From Paenibacillus sp. (GTDB lineage: Bacteria; Bacteroidota; Bacteroidia; Bacteroidales; Muribaculaceae), in the NCBI GenBank assembly GCA_023663345.1, contig JAMPHR010000001.1:199997-263996 (forward strand): a DNA stretch of 64,000 nt, written 5' to 3'. A program made the translations under genes and the position numbers. Below, in pieces: positions 31,361 through 41,398 of this stretch (its first letter is position 1; each line of letters opens with the position of its first letter). The notes below the pieces were generated by a model. It saw nothing but the letters and a program-made list of their open reading frames with translations. It was not told the origin of the DNA and made no database searches.

Positions 31361-33547
31361 ATGAAACATATAAAGATAACAATGGCGGCAGCCGTGGCCC
31401 TCGCGGGGCTTACGGCCTGTGACAAGGATTATGATGTCACCATTCCCACCCCGGAGATCCCCTTCGATGCCGAGATGGAAGCCGCTCTCAGCAAATATGA
31501 TGTGCTCACTGAATACTCCTCACGTGCAGGAGTGCCATTCGGAGTATCGGTGACACCTGAAGATCTCGCGGCCAAGAAGCTCGCGTTCAGCATTGTCACC
31601 ACCAACTACAGTCAGGTAGAGGCCCCCGGGGCCTTTACCCCCTCGCTCCTGATGAATGATGAGGGTACGTATGACTACTCGGCGCTCTCCACATTGATCA
31701 CTGCAGCCGGTGAGGCGGGCGTGAGCGTGTTTGGACCGGCGTTGTGCTCGCTCAGCAATCTTCCTGTGGATTATCTCAACGCTCAGATTGCCCCGATCAT
31801 CATACCCTACGAGCCGGTGGAGCCGGAGACGGGAGATTTCATATTCAATGATTTCGAAGGCGATGAGTTGGGCAAGACATATCCCATGAGCGGTAACAGT
31901 GTAGCCCGCGTAGTGGAGGATCCCGACGGTCAGAGCGGACATGTGCTCCATATAGGAGAGGATGGCAATACCGCTAACCAGAGTTTCCCTGAGTTTGAGG
32001 TGACTATGCCCGAGGGCAAGACTCTCGCAAATCTGACGAAAGTATGTTTCGATATCAAGGCTCCCGGTTCGGGCGGTCTTTATGGCTCGGGACTACGTCT
32101 GTTTGTCGAAGGTGTGCAGTTCTCGTTCGGAAACTGTACCACATTTGGTTGTAGCGACAACAAGTGGGGCCGCGACCTGGTGAAACTTACTTTTGAGCCT
32201 GCCCAGATGAGCGCTGCTGATCTAGAAAAGACCACATTCAAGATGCGTATAGGTTCGGCTACCGGATCGGGTAACTACTATATCGACAATATCAAGATAT
32301 TGTGGGAAGTTGCCGGTGATGATGACGGCAAAGATAATGTGCTTGACTTTGAGAACGATGCTCTTGGCAAGAGCTATCCTATGACCGGCAACAGCTTTGC
32401 AGTTGTAGCAAACGATCCTGAAGGAAAGAGCGGAAAGGTGCTACAGGTGGGTTCCCAGGCTGATCCTTCCAACCATTCCTACGTTAAGGTTACAGTGAAA
32501 CTCCCCGAGGGTCGCAAACTTGGAGACTATGAGGCATTCCAATGTGACATGAAGACAGTCTCCGGTCAGTATGGCTGGGGTGGTAAGGTGCTTATCGGCG
32601 ATCGTCAGATCGGTGTGGGTAGTCCAGCCGATTTCAGTGCTAACGATGGAGGTCCGTGGGTGCGCGGAGGCATCTATATTTCGTTTGTTGATTCAAGCAA
32701 TGCGAAAAGGTATATCGAGCTTACCGATGAGGAAAAGGCGATGACTGAATTCATATTCAGCTACAATGCTGATTCCGGAGCAGGTATTTTCTATCTCGAC
32801 AACTTCACTTTCAAGCGTGTGATCTCGACCGAGGACACCGTGATAGAGAAGACTCCTGAGGAGAAGACAGAAATCATGCAGGGCGAGCTTGACAAGTGGA
32901 TCGACGGTCTCGTTGCCACCACCGGTGAAAGCGTTACCGACATGATAATCTACGACGAGCCTTTCGACGATGAGGTTGCCTCGTTCAACTGGGCCGATTA
33001 TCTCGGCGATGATTACGTAGCCAAGGCTCAGGCCAAGGTTGATGCAGCCGCTACAGCTCCTGTCCGCTACTTCGTGAGCCAGACTCTGGTGATGAACGAC
33101 AATACCGCCGGTGATATCGCCGATCTTGCCACTGAAATCAGTAAGCTTGAGCAGAAGGGGGTGAAGGTTGATGCAGTAAATCTCGTGCTCTCCGCAACAT
33201 ATTCGGAGGATTATGTTACCCAGCAGAAGAATGATGAGACCGCTGTGGCTGCCATGGAGGCTCTCGCATCACTCGGCAAGCCGGTGCGCATCTCCAACTT
33301 TGCAGTGCGCGTGGTGAACCGTGGCAATATGCTTGTCAATCCTTCGACCATAGGTATCTCGGAGCGCAGGGCTATCGGTGAGTACTATGCCACCGTGATC
33401 AAGGCCTATAAGCAGGCTCTTGGCGATCAGGCACTCGGATTCAACCTCTCGCGTGTGGTTGAGGATGGCACATTTGTGGCTCCATGGGCAGCAGGTGGTA
33501 ACCGCAACTATATCTATGAGGGTCTCGTGAACGGACTTTCCAAGTAA
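31361..33547 (+). CDS. GH10-like lipoprotein interrupted by two tandem CBM-like modules; probably catalytically inactive SGBP
   Basis: LTAC lipobox; split GH10 layout (EKTPEEK linker); nucleophile motif reads RISNFA instead of ISELD; duplicated DFE.D.LGK.YPM.GNS modules. Confidence 0.75.
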   Translation: MKHIKITMAAAVALAGLTACDKDYDVTIPTPEIPFDAEMEAALSKYDVLTEYSSRAGVPFGVSVTPEDLAAKKLAFSIVTTNYSQVEAPGAFTPSLLMNDEGTYDYSALSTLITAAGEAGVSVFGPALCSLSNLPVDYLNAQIAPIIIPYEPVEPETGDFIFNDFEGDELGKTYPMSGNSVARVVEDPDGQSGHVLHIGEDGNTANQSFPEFEVTMPEGKTLANLTKVCFDIKAPGSGGLYGSGLRLFVEGVQFSFGNCTTFGCSDNKWGRDLVKLTFEPAQMSAADLEKTTFKMRIGSATGSGNYYIDNIKILWEVAGDDDGKDNVLDFENDALGKSYPMTGNSFAVVANDPEGKSGKVLQVGSQADPSNHSYVKVTVKLPEGRKLGDYEAFQCDMKTVSGQYGWGGKVLIGDRQIGVGSPADFSANDGGPWVRGGIYISFVDSSNAKRYIELTDEEKAMTEFIFSYNADSGAGIFYLDNFTFKRVISTEDTVIEKTPEEKTEIMQGELDKWIDGLVATTGESVTDMIIYDEPFDDEVASFNWADYLGDDYVAKAQAKVDAAATAPVRYFVSQTLVMNDNTAGDIADLATEISKLEQKGVKVDAVNLVLSATYSEDYVTQQKNDETAVAAMEALASLGKPVRISNFAVRVVNRGNMLVNPSTIGISERRAIGEYYATVIKAYKQALGDQALGFNLSRVVEDGTFVAPWAAGGNRNYIYEGLVNGLSK

Positions 33548-33577
33548 TCACTTTAGACACACTCTTAAATCGAGTTT

Positions 33578-36412
33578 ATGAAAATCAATCGCATATTCTC
33601 GACCGCAGTTCTCCTGTCGGCACTCTCGGTGATGTTCACCGGGTGTGACGACAAGGAGTTCACGGCCCCGGTGCTTGCACCGCAGGCTGTGGAGACTCCG
33701 GTCGACAACATCAATGCCAACATCGCGGCTGTGAGGAGCTTTGTGCAGGCCAAGGAGATAGGTTCCAAGGTGCGCATGACCAGCTCGTTGCCCGACGATG
33801 CCGGCTATATGATAGAATTTACCGACGGTAATACTGTGGCGCTGAAGACCAAGGTGGGATCGCTCACGGATTATCCTACGTCGGAAGGCGCAAGATATAC
33901 TCCTACAGTGGCCGCAATGCCGGCTGAGGATGGGGTGTATTACTGGACCGTTGACGGCGAGTGGCTTACAGCCCAAGGTACTGACAACCGTATCAACGTT
34001 ACCGGTGCGCGTGCCGTGACTCCGCGCGTGAGCATCAACAGCGATGGCCGATGGGTGATAGACGCTCTCGATTACGGAAAGACCGTGTTGCAGAGTGCAT
34101 CGCGTGGCGAGCAGATAAGCGCCATAAAGACTATCGACGTGTCGGATGCCGACAATATCACTGTATATTTCAACGATGATACCGAGCCTCTGCAGCTCGC
34201 TGCCGGTGGTGGCACCTCCAAGCCTAATGAGCCTGTGAAGGGGCATCTGCGCCGTCCTATTGATGTGAACAATCCCGCATGGCTTGTGCATATCGACTCG
34301 TGGAACTATCCTGACCCCAATAAGATCATTGATCTTATCCCTGAGGATATCCTGCCTTATTGTATATTTAATATTTCGTTGTCGGTATTCCATAATAATG
34401 ATACCGGTCAATTCAAGGTCAGCGAGTATGGATATGAAATATGCAAATCGTGGCTCAGAACCTGTGCCGAGCGCAATCTCTGGGCTATGGTGCAACCGGC
34501 ATCGGGAGGCATCAGCCATTTCCCGGATGTGGATTCTTATTCCCAGTTTGATGAGGAGAAATATGGGGTGTACAAGGAGTTCTTTGAAGATTATCCCAAT
34601 TTCCTTGGCTTCAATTACTGTGAGCAGTTCTGGGGCTTTGATTCTTCGGATGGCATATATTCTCCGACATGGCTCCAGCGAGTGGCCCACTGGAATGAAT
34701 TACTTAAGTTGACACATGAGTATGGCGGTTACCTCGTGGTAAGTTTCTGCGCCAATTATTGGTCAGCTCCCATCAATCCGGTGGCTACTATCAAGCGTAA
34801 TCCTGATTTTGCCCAGACTACGGCAATGTATGCCGAGAACTTTGTGTATTGCGAGAAGTACACTCAGTCAGGTTGCTTCTTCGACGTGGAGGCCTCAAGT
34901 ATGGGTATGTGGCTTTCGGGACATGCCGATAACTATGGTCTGCGCTTTGACCAGTGTGCATGGAATGAGTGGGCTGCGAAATATTACAACTGGAGCAATA
35001 AGGAGGAGGATTTCCCCGTGGCTCTCGGAGCGGCTCTTAAACTTGAGCATACTACTCTTACAGGTCAGACTGTATTTGACGGTCCTGAGCTGATATGGCA
35101 ACAGGATTTTAAAGAGACCAATGCCATTGATGTCTCTGACGGATACAAGACCCGTAATTGGGACACATTTTCCCAGTTCCGCAATATCGACATGGATCTT
35201 TACCGCAAGATTCTCGATGGAACAATCCGCATCCTCACTCGTGATGAGGTGATAGAGCGTTGCAAGTATGCCATTGTGCAGGACGTAGCAGGTGGTGCCG
35301 AAATCGAGCAGTACTGTCTGCCCAAGTGGTTCCATAAGGGTATCGGCGCACTTGATCATGACGAGGGACGTGAGGACAACCACTTCTATCTGCGTAAGAC
35401 CGGCCGCTATCCCGCCATTCCTGTAGTGGCTGAATTTGCCGGTGATTTCGCCAAGAAGTTCAAGCATGTGCGCAATCAGAGCGAGATTCTCAGCACATGG
35501 GAGAATGAAGGCGCCAAGGTGCGTGAGCTCAACAGGGAGTTCCCGTCGGAATATACCGGTGATCTCTTTGCCGGCCGTCACGAGAACACTTGGGTGACTT
35601 ACAATCCTTGGAATACCACCAAGTCGGCTACCGTGCCTTTCAAGTACAATACTTGCGAGAGCGTGGAGTTCACACTCGAGACATTTGCCACTACGGTATG
35701 GAAAGAGTATGCCGACAAGGTTACATTCTATCTCACCAAGTATCAGGTGGACGGCAAGTCGACCAAATCGGTAATCAAGATTAACGGCGCAACATCCCAG
35801 CCCACAGTGTCGTGGACTCCGAGAGCCGAGGCTACTGTAAAGGTCAGCGAGTCGTGGGCTAATGGAGTACTGACTCTGACGATTGATCATAATGGTCCGC
35901 TTGACATTACCGTGTCATGTGCAGGAAACGGCACAGGCCGTCTCACGGATTACACACCGGCATCGCTTCAGGTGCCCGGCAAACCTAATCTGTATTACGG
36001 TGCCCGTCAGTACGAGGCTGAGGTATTTGATTTCAAGAATGTAGGTACACGTGTCACTTCGGGTTATGACCGAGATGTGCGTAACTATACCGGTCAGGGT
36101 TACATCGTGTTTGGCTCATCGGCAAGCGCTGCTGTGCGCGATGAAGTGAGCGTGATTGATGAAGGCCGTTATGCCATCAAGTTCCGCTACAGGGCCGAGA
36201 CTGCCGATGTCACTACTGTGGATCTCTATGTCAACGGACAGAAAGTGGGCACTCCGTCGTTCATCCAGTCGGGAGCCGATAAGACCATTTGGTATGTATG
36301 CTCGACAGGTGCATTCCTGCCTGCCGGCAAGAGCACTATCGAGCTTAAGGCCAATGCTCCCGCAGCATGTGACCTGTATCTCGACAATCTTGTGATCGAG
36401 CCTGTTGAGTAA
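33578..36412 (+). CDS. GH98-type endo-xylanase with N-terminal lipoprotein/DUF4988-like domain and C-terminal CBM35
   Basis: TGC lipobox, YYWTVDGEWL, LRRPI..WLVHIDSWN, YCEQFWG, QYEAE CBM35; position matches GH98 of xylan PULs. Confidence 0.8.
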   Translation: MKINRIFSTAVLLSALSVMFTGCDDKEFTAPVLAPQAVETPVDNINANIAAVRSFVQAKEIGSKVRMTSSLPDDAGYMIEFTDGNTVALKTKVGSLTDYPTSEGARYTPTVAAMPAEDGVYYWTVDGEWLTAQGTDNRINVTGARAVTPRVSINSDGRWVIDALDYGKTVLQSASRGEQISAIKTIDVSDADNITVYFNDDTEPLQLAAGGGTSKPNEPVKGHLRRPIDVNNPAWLVHIDSWNYPDPNKIIDLIPEDILPYCIFNISLSVFHNNDTGQFKVSEYGYEICKSWLRTCAERNLWAMVQPASGGISHFPDVDSYSQFDEEKYGVYKEFFEDYPNFLGFNYCEQFWGFDSSDGIYSPTWLQRVAHWNELLKLTHEYGGYLVVSFCANYWSAPINPVATIKRNPDFAQTTAMYAENFVYCEKYTQSGCFFDVEASSMGMWLSGHADNYGLRFDQCAWNEWAAKYYNWSNKEEDFPVALGAALKLEHTTLTGQTVFDGPELIWQQDFKETNAIDVSDGYKTRNWDTFSQFRNIDMDLYRKILDGTIRILTRDEVIERCKYAIVQDVAGGAEIEQYCLPKWFHKGIGALDHDEGREDNHFYLRKTGRYPAIPVVAEFAGDFAKKFKHVRNQSEILSTWENEGAKVRELNREFPSEYTGDLFAGRHENTWVTYNPWNTTKSATVPFKYNTCESVEFTLETFATTVWKEYADKVTFYLTKYQVDGKSTKSVIKINGATSQPTVSWTPRAEATVKVSESWANGVLTLTIDHNGPLDITVSCAGNGTGRLTDYTPASLQVPGKPNLYYGARQYEAEVFDFKNVGTRVTSGYDRDVRNYTGQGYIVFGSSASAAVRDEVSVIDEGRYAIKFRYRAETADVTTVDLYVNGQKVGTPSFIQSGADKTIWYVCSTGAFLPAGKSTIELKANAPAACDLYLDNLVIEPVE

Positions 36413-36441
36413 AACTTGATAGTAGTTAATACACTATGACG

Positions 36442-36488
36442 ATTTCCGCGGGCCTTTCTGTGTCGAGTAGGCCTGCGGAAATTTTTTA
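36442..36488 (+). terminator. Intrinsic terminator
   Basis: TTTCCGCGGGCCT / AGGCCTGCGGAAA followed by T-run. Confidence 0.75.
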
Positions 36489-36511
36489 ATATACACGTTG
36501 AAAATTATATT

Positions 36512-38881
36512 ATGCGTAAACTATATGGATTACTTGTGGCTGCTATGTTTGCCCCGATGGGAGTAGTAGCTCAGGATAAATTGTATGACAATGCGTTTCC
36601 GCTCGGGGATGTCAAACTGCTTGACGGTCCTTTCAGGCACGCAATGGATCTGAATGTGGATGTGTTGTTGCAATATGACGTGGACCGTCTGCTGGCACCA
36701 TATCTTAAGGAGGCCGGGCTGAAACCCAAGGCCGAGAGCTTTCCCTGTTGGGACGGACTTGACGGACATGTGGGCGGTCATTATCTTACGGCATTGGCCA
36801 TACACTATGCCTCGACAGGCGACAAGAGGCTAAAGGACAGGATGGACTACATGATCTCGGAGGTGAAGCGTTGTCAGGATGCCAACGGTGACGGTTATGC
36901 CGGAGGTGTACCCAACGGTGCTCCGCTGTGGAAGGAGATCAAGGAGGGTAGGACTGACATGGTGTGGAAATACTGGGTGCCCTGGTACAATGTACACAAG
37001 ATGTATGCCGGATTGCGCGACGCGTGGGTATATTGCGGTAACGCCGAGGCCCGTGACATGTTTATAAGTTTCTGCGACTGGTGCGTGGATGAGATATCGG
37101 CTGTAAGCGATGATGAGATGGAGAAGATGCTCGGAAACGAGTTTGGAGGCATGGACGAGGTACTTGCCGACGCATATTCCATAACCGGAGACAAGAAATA
37201 TCTTGACGCAGCCAAGCGTTTCTCGCATCATTGGCTTCTGGACAGCATGGTGGCCGGAGTGGATAACCTCGACAACAAGCACGCCAATACCCAGGTGCCC
37301 AAGGTGGTAGGCTATCAGCGCATAGCCGAGCTTGGTGGTGGAGAGGAATATGATACAGCCGCACGGTTCTTCTGGCATACTGTGGCCGATACCCGTTCAC
37401 TATCCATAGGCGGTAACAGCCGACGGGAGCATTTCGCATCCAAGGATGACTGCAAGAGTTATGTCACCGACCGCGAGGGGCCGGAGACATGTAACACCAA
37501 TAATATGCTCAAGCTCACCGAGGGATTGTTCCGCATGAAGCCCGACGGGCATCTGGCCGATTTCTATGAGCGTGCGCTGTTCAATCACATACTGTCGTCA
37601 CAGCATCCTGACCACGGCGGATATGTGTACTTCACATCGGCCCGTCCCGGTCATTACAGGGTTTATTCCCAGCCTAATGCCGGCATGTGGTGCTGTGTAG
37701 GTACCGGCATGGAGAATCATGGTAAATACGGACAGTTCATATATACCCATGAAGGGGATTCACTGTATGTCAATCTGTTTATACATTCGAGTCTCGACTG
37801 GAAGCAGAAAGGGGTGAAGCTGACTCAGGAAACGGCTTTCCCCGATACTGAAAATACCAGGCTGGTGATGAATATGAAGGGATCGAAGAAATTCCCGCTG
37901 ATGGTGCGTCACCCGGAATGGTGTGAGGGGATGGTGGTAAAGATCAACGGCAAGAAGTGGGAGGTGAAATCCGCCCCCGGTTCATACGCCTGTATCGACC
38001 GGAAGTGGAAAAACGGAGATGTCGTAGAGGTGGATCTGCCTATGGAGATGCACATTGAGGAGATGCACAATCTTCCCGAGTATGTATCCATAATGCGTGG
38101 CCCGATTGTGCTCGGAGCCTCCTACAGCACTGATGATCTTAACGGTCTTGTGGCCGACGACAGCCGTTGGGCCCATGTGGCCGGTGGTCCGCTGGTATCG
38201 GTGTTTGATACGCCTATACTTGTTGGGGAAAGAGATGATATCCTTGGCAAACTCAAGTCGGCTACACGAGTGAAAGGTGAGGGGTTGGCATATACTGTAA
38301 AGGGTATAACTTCCGATCCTGAACAGGAGATCGTGTTGCGTCCGTTTGCCCGTCTGCATGACTGCCGTTACATGATGTATTGGCTCTCGATGACACCTGA
38401 GGCATATACTTCCTATCAGCAACGGGAGCGCGAGGCCGAGCAGGCGATGCTCGCTCTCGACCGTCGCACGGTCGATGCGGTAAATACGGGTGAGCAGCAG
38501 CCCGAGGCCGATCATTTTATGGAGAGCGAACGGTCAGGATCAGGCGTAAACTTCGGTGTGCCCTGGCGTGATGCTTCCAATGGTGGATATTTCTCTTACC
38601 GTATGAAGACTGCCGGCGGATCTCCGCTCGCATTGCATGTGAGGTATTGGGGTAACGAGGGAGGAAAACGTTCGTTTGCAATCCTTGTGGATGATGCCGT
38701 CCTGGCCCGGGAAAATGTAGGTTCACGATGGAACAAAGAGGAATTTGTGGACGTGGAATATCCAATTCCGGCTGAGATGCTTGCAGGCAAGGATCATGTC
38801 ACGGTGAAATTTGCCAGCGAGCCCGGCAATATTGCCGGCGGTGTGTATCACTTGAGAATAGTTGAGCAGAGCGCTGACTGA
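36512..38881 (+). CDS. GH127/GH146 beta-L-arabinofuranosidase
   Basis: GHVGGHYL, EFGGM, HANTQ, PETC, WCCVG Zn/Cys motif. Confidence 0.9.
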   Translation: MRKLYGLLVAAMFAPMGVVAQDKLYDNAFPLGDVKLLDGPFRHAMDLNVDVLLQYDVDRLLAPYLKEAGLKPKAESFPCWDGLDGHVGGHYLTALAIHYASTGDKRLKDRMDYMISEVKRCQDANGDGYAGGVPNGAPLWKEIKEGRTDMVWKYWVPWYNVHKMYAGLRDAWVYCGNAEARDMFISFCDWCVDEISAVSDDEMEKMLGNEFGGMDEVLADAYSITGDKKYLDAAKRFSHHWLLDSMVAGVDNLDNKHANTQVPKVVGYQRIAELGGGEEYDTAARFFWHTVADTRSLSIGGNSRREHFASKDDCKSYVTDREGPETCNTNNMLKLTEGLFRMKPDGHLADFYERALFNHILSSQHPDHGGYVYFTSARPGHYRVYSQPNAGMWCCVGTGMENHGKYGQFIYTHEGDSLYVNLFIHSSLDWKQKGVKLTQETAFPDTENTRLVMNMKGSKKFPLMVRHPEWCEGMVVKINGKKWEVKSAPGSYACIDRKWKNGDVVEVDLPMEMHIEEMHNLPEYVSIMRGPIVLGASYSTDDLNGLVADDSRWAHVAGGPLVSVFDTPILVGERDDILGKLKSATRVKGEGLAYTVKGITSDPEQEIVLRPFARLHDCRYMMYWLSMTPEAYTSYQQREREAEQAMLALDRRTVDAVNTGEQQPEADHFMESERSGSGVNFGVPWRDASNGGYFSYRMKTAGGSPLALHVRYWGNEGGKRSFAILVDDAVLARENVGSRWNKEEFVDVEYPIPAEMLAGKDHVTVKFASEPGNIAGGVYHLRIVEQSAD

Positions 38882-38904
38882 TAGCGCGAGCTGATAAATA
38901 GAAC

Positions 38905-38946
38905 GAGGCCGTGCCTACTCCGGTATATCCGGGATGGCACGGCCTC
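38905..38946. terminator. Bidirectional terminator
   Basis: GAGGCCGTGCC / GGCACGGCCTC between convergent genes. Confidence 0.75.
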
Positions 38947-38970
38947 TTATTATTGTATAAAAAGGGTTGG

Positions 38971-40194
38971 TTACGCCTGACCACCCTTGCGGGCGAGGAT
39001 TTTATCGGTGATGGTACACACGCATGAGTCGGACCACACATTCTCGGCCGTCTCAACCATGTCGATCACAGTGTAGATAGGAAGTATTATGCCCATGATG
39101 CTAACATCGGCTCCCATGCCCGACATGAGCGAGAGCGTGAGGAAATAGCATCCCATCGGGACACCGGCGTTGCCGAAAGCTGAAAGAACCGAGATGAATA
39201 CCCACATCAACATAGTGACCCACGAGATGGGCATACCGTTGTTCTGCATGATGAACAGTGAGGTCACGAGGATGAATGCCGCGCATCCGTTCATATTGAT
39301 GGTGGTGCATATCGGTAGCACAAAGCGTGAGACTTTAGGATTGACCCCCACTTTCTGCTCGGCGTTCTGCATGGTCACAGGCAATGTGGCGGCCGAGCTT
39401 TTGGTGAAAAATGCCATGAGTATGGCCTGGCTCATGCCACGGAATGTGGTGAGCGGATTTATGCCCTTGAAAAGCAGGAAGAGCGGAAGTATGATGAACA
39501 CCTGTATGCAATTGCCACCGATGATCACAAGTACGTATTTACCGAGCGAATCGAGCATTATGTCGCCTCCCATCTCAGTGGTGAGCTGGGCTGCAAATGC
39601 CACGATGCCGATGGGGAGAATGTCAATGAGCCATCGTATGAGCATGAACAAGAGATCCTGAAGTCCGGCCAAGCCTTTGATCAGAGCGTTTCGTGAGGGG
39701 GAGTCGGGCATTTTGGATAGCGCGATGCCCACTGCAAAGCATATCAGCAAGAGGGCCAACACATTGCCATCAAGCAATGGCTTTATGATATTGTCGGGGA
39801 TGACGGTGAGCAGATGGTCAGCGTAGGAAAATTCGGCTGTACTGCCTGAAGCGACGTCGGCTGCCACTTCGGCATTAATAGCCTCGGCCGGAAGATTGCC
39901 GGGTGCTACAATGAGATAAAGTGCGAGACCGATTGCCGCGGCCGCCGTCGTGGTGAGTAGGGTGTAGGTGAGGGCGGTACGGAACATACGGCTCATCTCT
40001 TTGCCCACTCCGAGCGATGCCAGAGTATTGATAACCGCGAGGATGATTGTAGGTACTGCAAGTAACCGGAATAGACGGGTGAATACCGTGGCGATGAAAT
40101 TCATCACGGTGTCGATGGCTTCGATGCGGAGAAGTCCGATGCCAACGCCTACAGCAAGAGCTGCAAGCCAAATGATGATCTGATATTTTTTCAT
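38971..40194 (-). CDS. Dicarboxylate/amino acid:cation symporter (SstT/GltP family)
   Basis: AFFTKSSAATLP, TINMNG, GVPMG, DMVETAENV. Confidence 0.92.
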   Translation of the reverse strand: MKKYQIIIWLAALAVGVGIGLLRIEAIDTVMNFIATVFTRLFRLLAVPTIILAVINTLASLGVGKEMSRMFRTALTYTLLTTTAAAAIGLALYLIVAPGNLPAEAINAEVAADVASGSTAEFSYADHLLTVIPDNIIKPLLDGNVLALLLICFAVGIALSKMPDSPSRNALIKGLAGLQDLLFMLIRWLIDILPIGIVAFAAQLTTEMGGDIMLDSLGKYVLVIIGGNCIQVFIILPLFLLFKGINPLTTFRGMSQAILMAFFTKSSAATLPVTMQNAEQKVGVNPKVSRFVLPICTTINMNGCAAFILVTSLFIMQNNGMPISWVTMLMWVFISVLSAFGNAGVPMGCYFLTLSLMSGMGADVSIMGIILPIYTVIDMVETAENVWSDSCVCTITDKILARKGGQA

Positions 40195-40286
40195 GGTGAT
40201 AGATAGTAGCGGGTTTATTCGCGTGTGGCAAAATTACTAAAAAACTCGATATTGGTTAATATTTTCTGATTGCTATTCAATCCATG

Positions 40287-41297
40287 TCAGGAATAAAGGG
40301 CGGATGCTTTACGGTAGATTTCAGCCAATTGTTTGGCTACGGAGTCGGGAGACAGGATTTTGATGCCGGCTCCGAAACCGAGGAGTTGGGATATGAGCTC
40401 GTAGTTGACCACTACTGTCAGTTGGAATGTCATTGAGCCGTCGGCCTTGTTTTTTTCGATCAGGCGTTGGGATGAGTGGATCGGTTTGGTGAGGATATAG
40501 CTGGCTTGAGAGTTGTCGGCTCTCAGAATGATTGTCTCTTTCTTCAAGCGGGAGTGTTTGGTCACGCCGACCACATCGTCGAAGAAGTCTGGGCCAAAAT
40601 CCGGGTTGGGTTGATAGGGGATATCGGGGCATGAGTGGAAGTCCACGATGCGGTCAAGGGCGAGATTGAATAGTTTCATATCGTCGGCCCGAGATCCGAA
40701 CAGAAACCACCGATTGCGGTACTCCTTCAGAAGATAGGGAAATATTATATATGGTACGGGACTGCGGGAGTTGAAGGAGCGATAGTTGATACATATAGTC
40801 TGTCGGGAGGCAACCATGTCGTAGAGAGGATTAAGATGCTCAAGGCCTTTCAGATTGGGGTTGCGCTCGAAATCAACTATTGGTTGGCGACTGCTCACGG
40901 ATGCCACCTTGTCCTGAAGTCGGCTGACCACGTCGGCCATATCATGGAAACGGTCAAATTCATCGAACTGGCGCAGGAGATCGATCGTGCGGTTGAGCAC
41001 GTCGATGTCGTGTTGTGACAAGGGGCGGTTGCTGATAGAATAATCCGGGTCGGCATACCGGTAGTATTTCTTGTCATAGACCTCAATAGGCGCTTCGTAG
41101 CCAAGACGGTCGGAGCGCATCATCTGTATGTCGAGCTGGACGGTGCGGGTGCTGACCAGATCCTGTTTCCCTTCAAACTCATAAAGGGCGTCGCTGCAAG
41201 CATCCACAAGATCCTGCAGTGTCCACCGCCGGGTTGTGTTGCGCAGACAGCGATCGATGGTACGGTATCTCAGGAGTGCGTTTTTATTCTGAGCCAT
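40287..41297 (-). CDS. HTH-WYL-WCX transcriptional regulator (PafB/YafY/DriD-like)
   Basis: N-terminal wHTH (NKNALLRY, RTVQLDI), WYL core PYLLKEYRNRWFLFG and LALDRI, C-terminal WCX. Confidence 0.92.
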   Translation of the reverse strand: MAQNKNALLRYRTIDRCLRNTTRRWTLQDLVDACSDALYEFEGKQDLVSTRTVQLDIQMMRSDRLGYEAPIEVYDKKYYRYADPDYSISNRPLSQHDIDVLNRTIDLLRQFDEFDRFHDMADVVSRLQDKVASVSSRQPIVDFERNPNLKGLEHLNPLYDMVASRQTICINYRSFNSRSPVPYIIFPYLLKEYRNRWFLFGSRADDMKLFNLALDRIVDFHSCPDIPYQPNPDFGPDFFDDVVGVTKHSRLKKETIILRADNSQASYILTKPIHSSQRLIEKNKADGSMTFQLTVVVNYELISQLLGFGAGIKILSPDSVAKQLAEIYRKASALYS

Positions 41298-41333
41298 AAA
41301 GATTTTTTGCGAATGTACGTAAAAATTTTTATC

Positions 41334-41369
41334 TACGCAAAAACATTGCGCACGAGGTTTCTAATTTTG
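41334..41369 (+). promoter_or_regulatory. Palindromic operator TACGCAA-N5-TTGCGCA 9 nt upstream of a -7 element (putative WYL activator site)
   Basis: TACGCAA 41334-41340, TTGCGCA 41346-41352, TAATTTTG 41362-41369; same geometry at rtcB. Confidence 0.75.
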
Positions 41370-41398
41370 CATCGTAAAACTTATAAAAACGTGACGAC

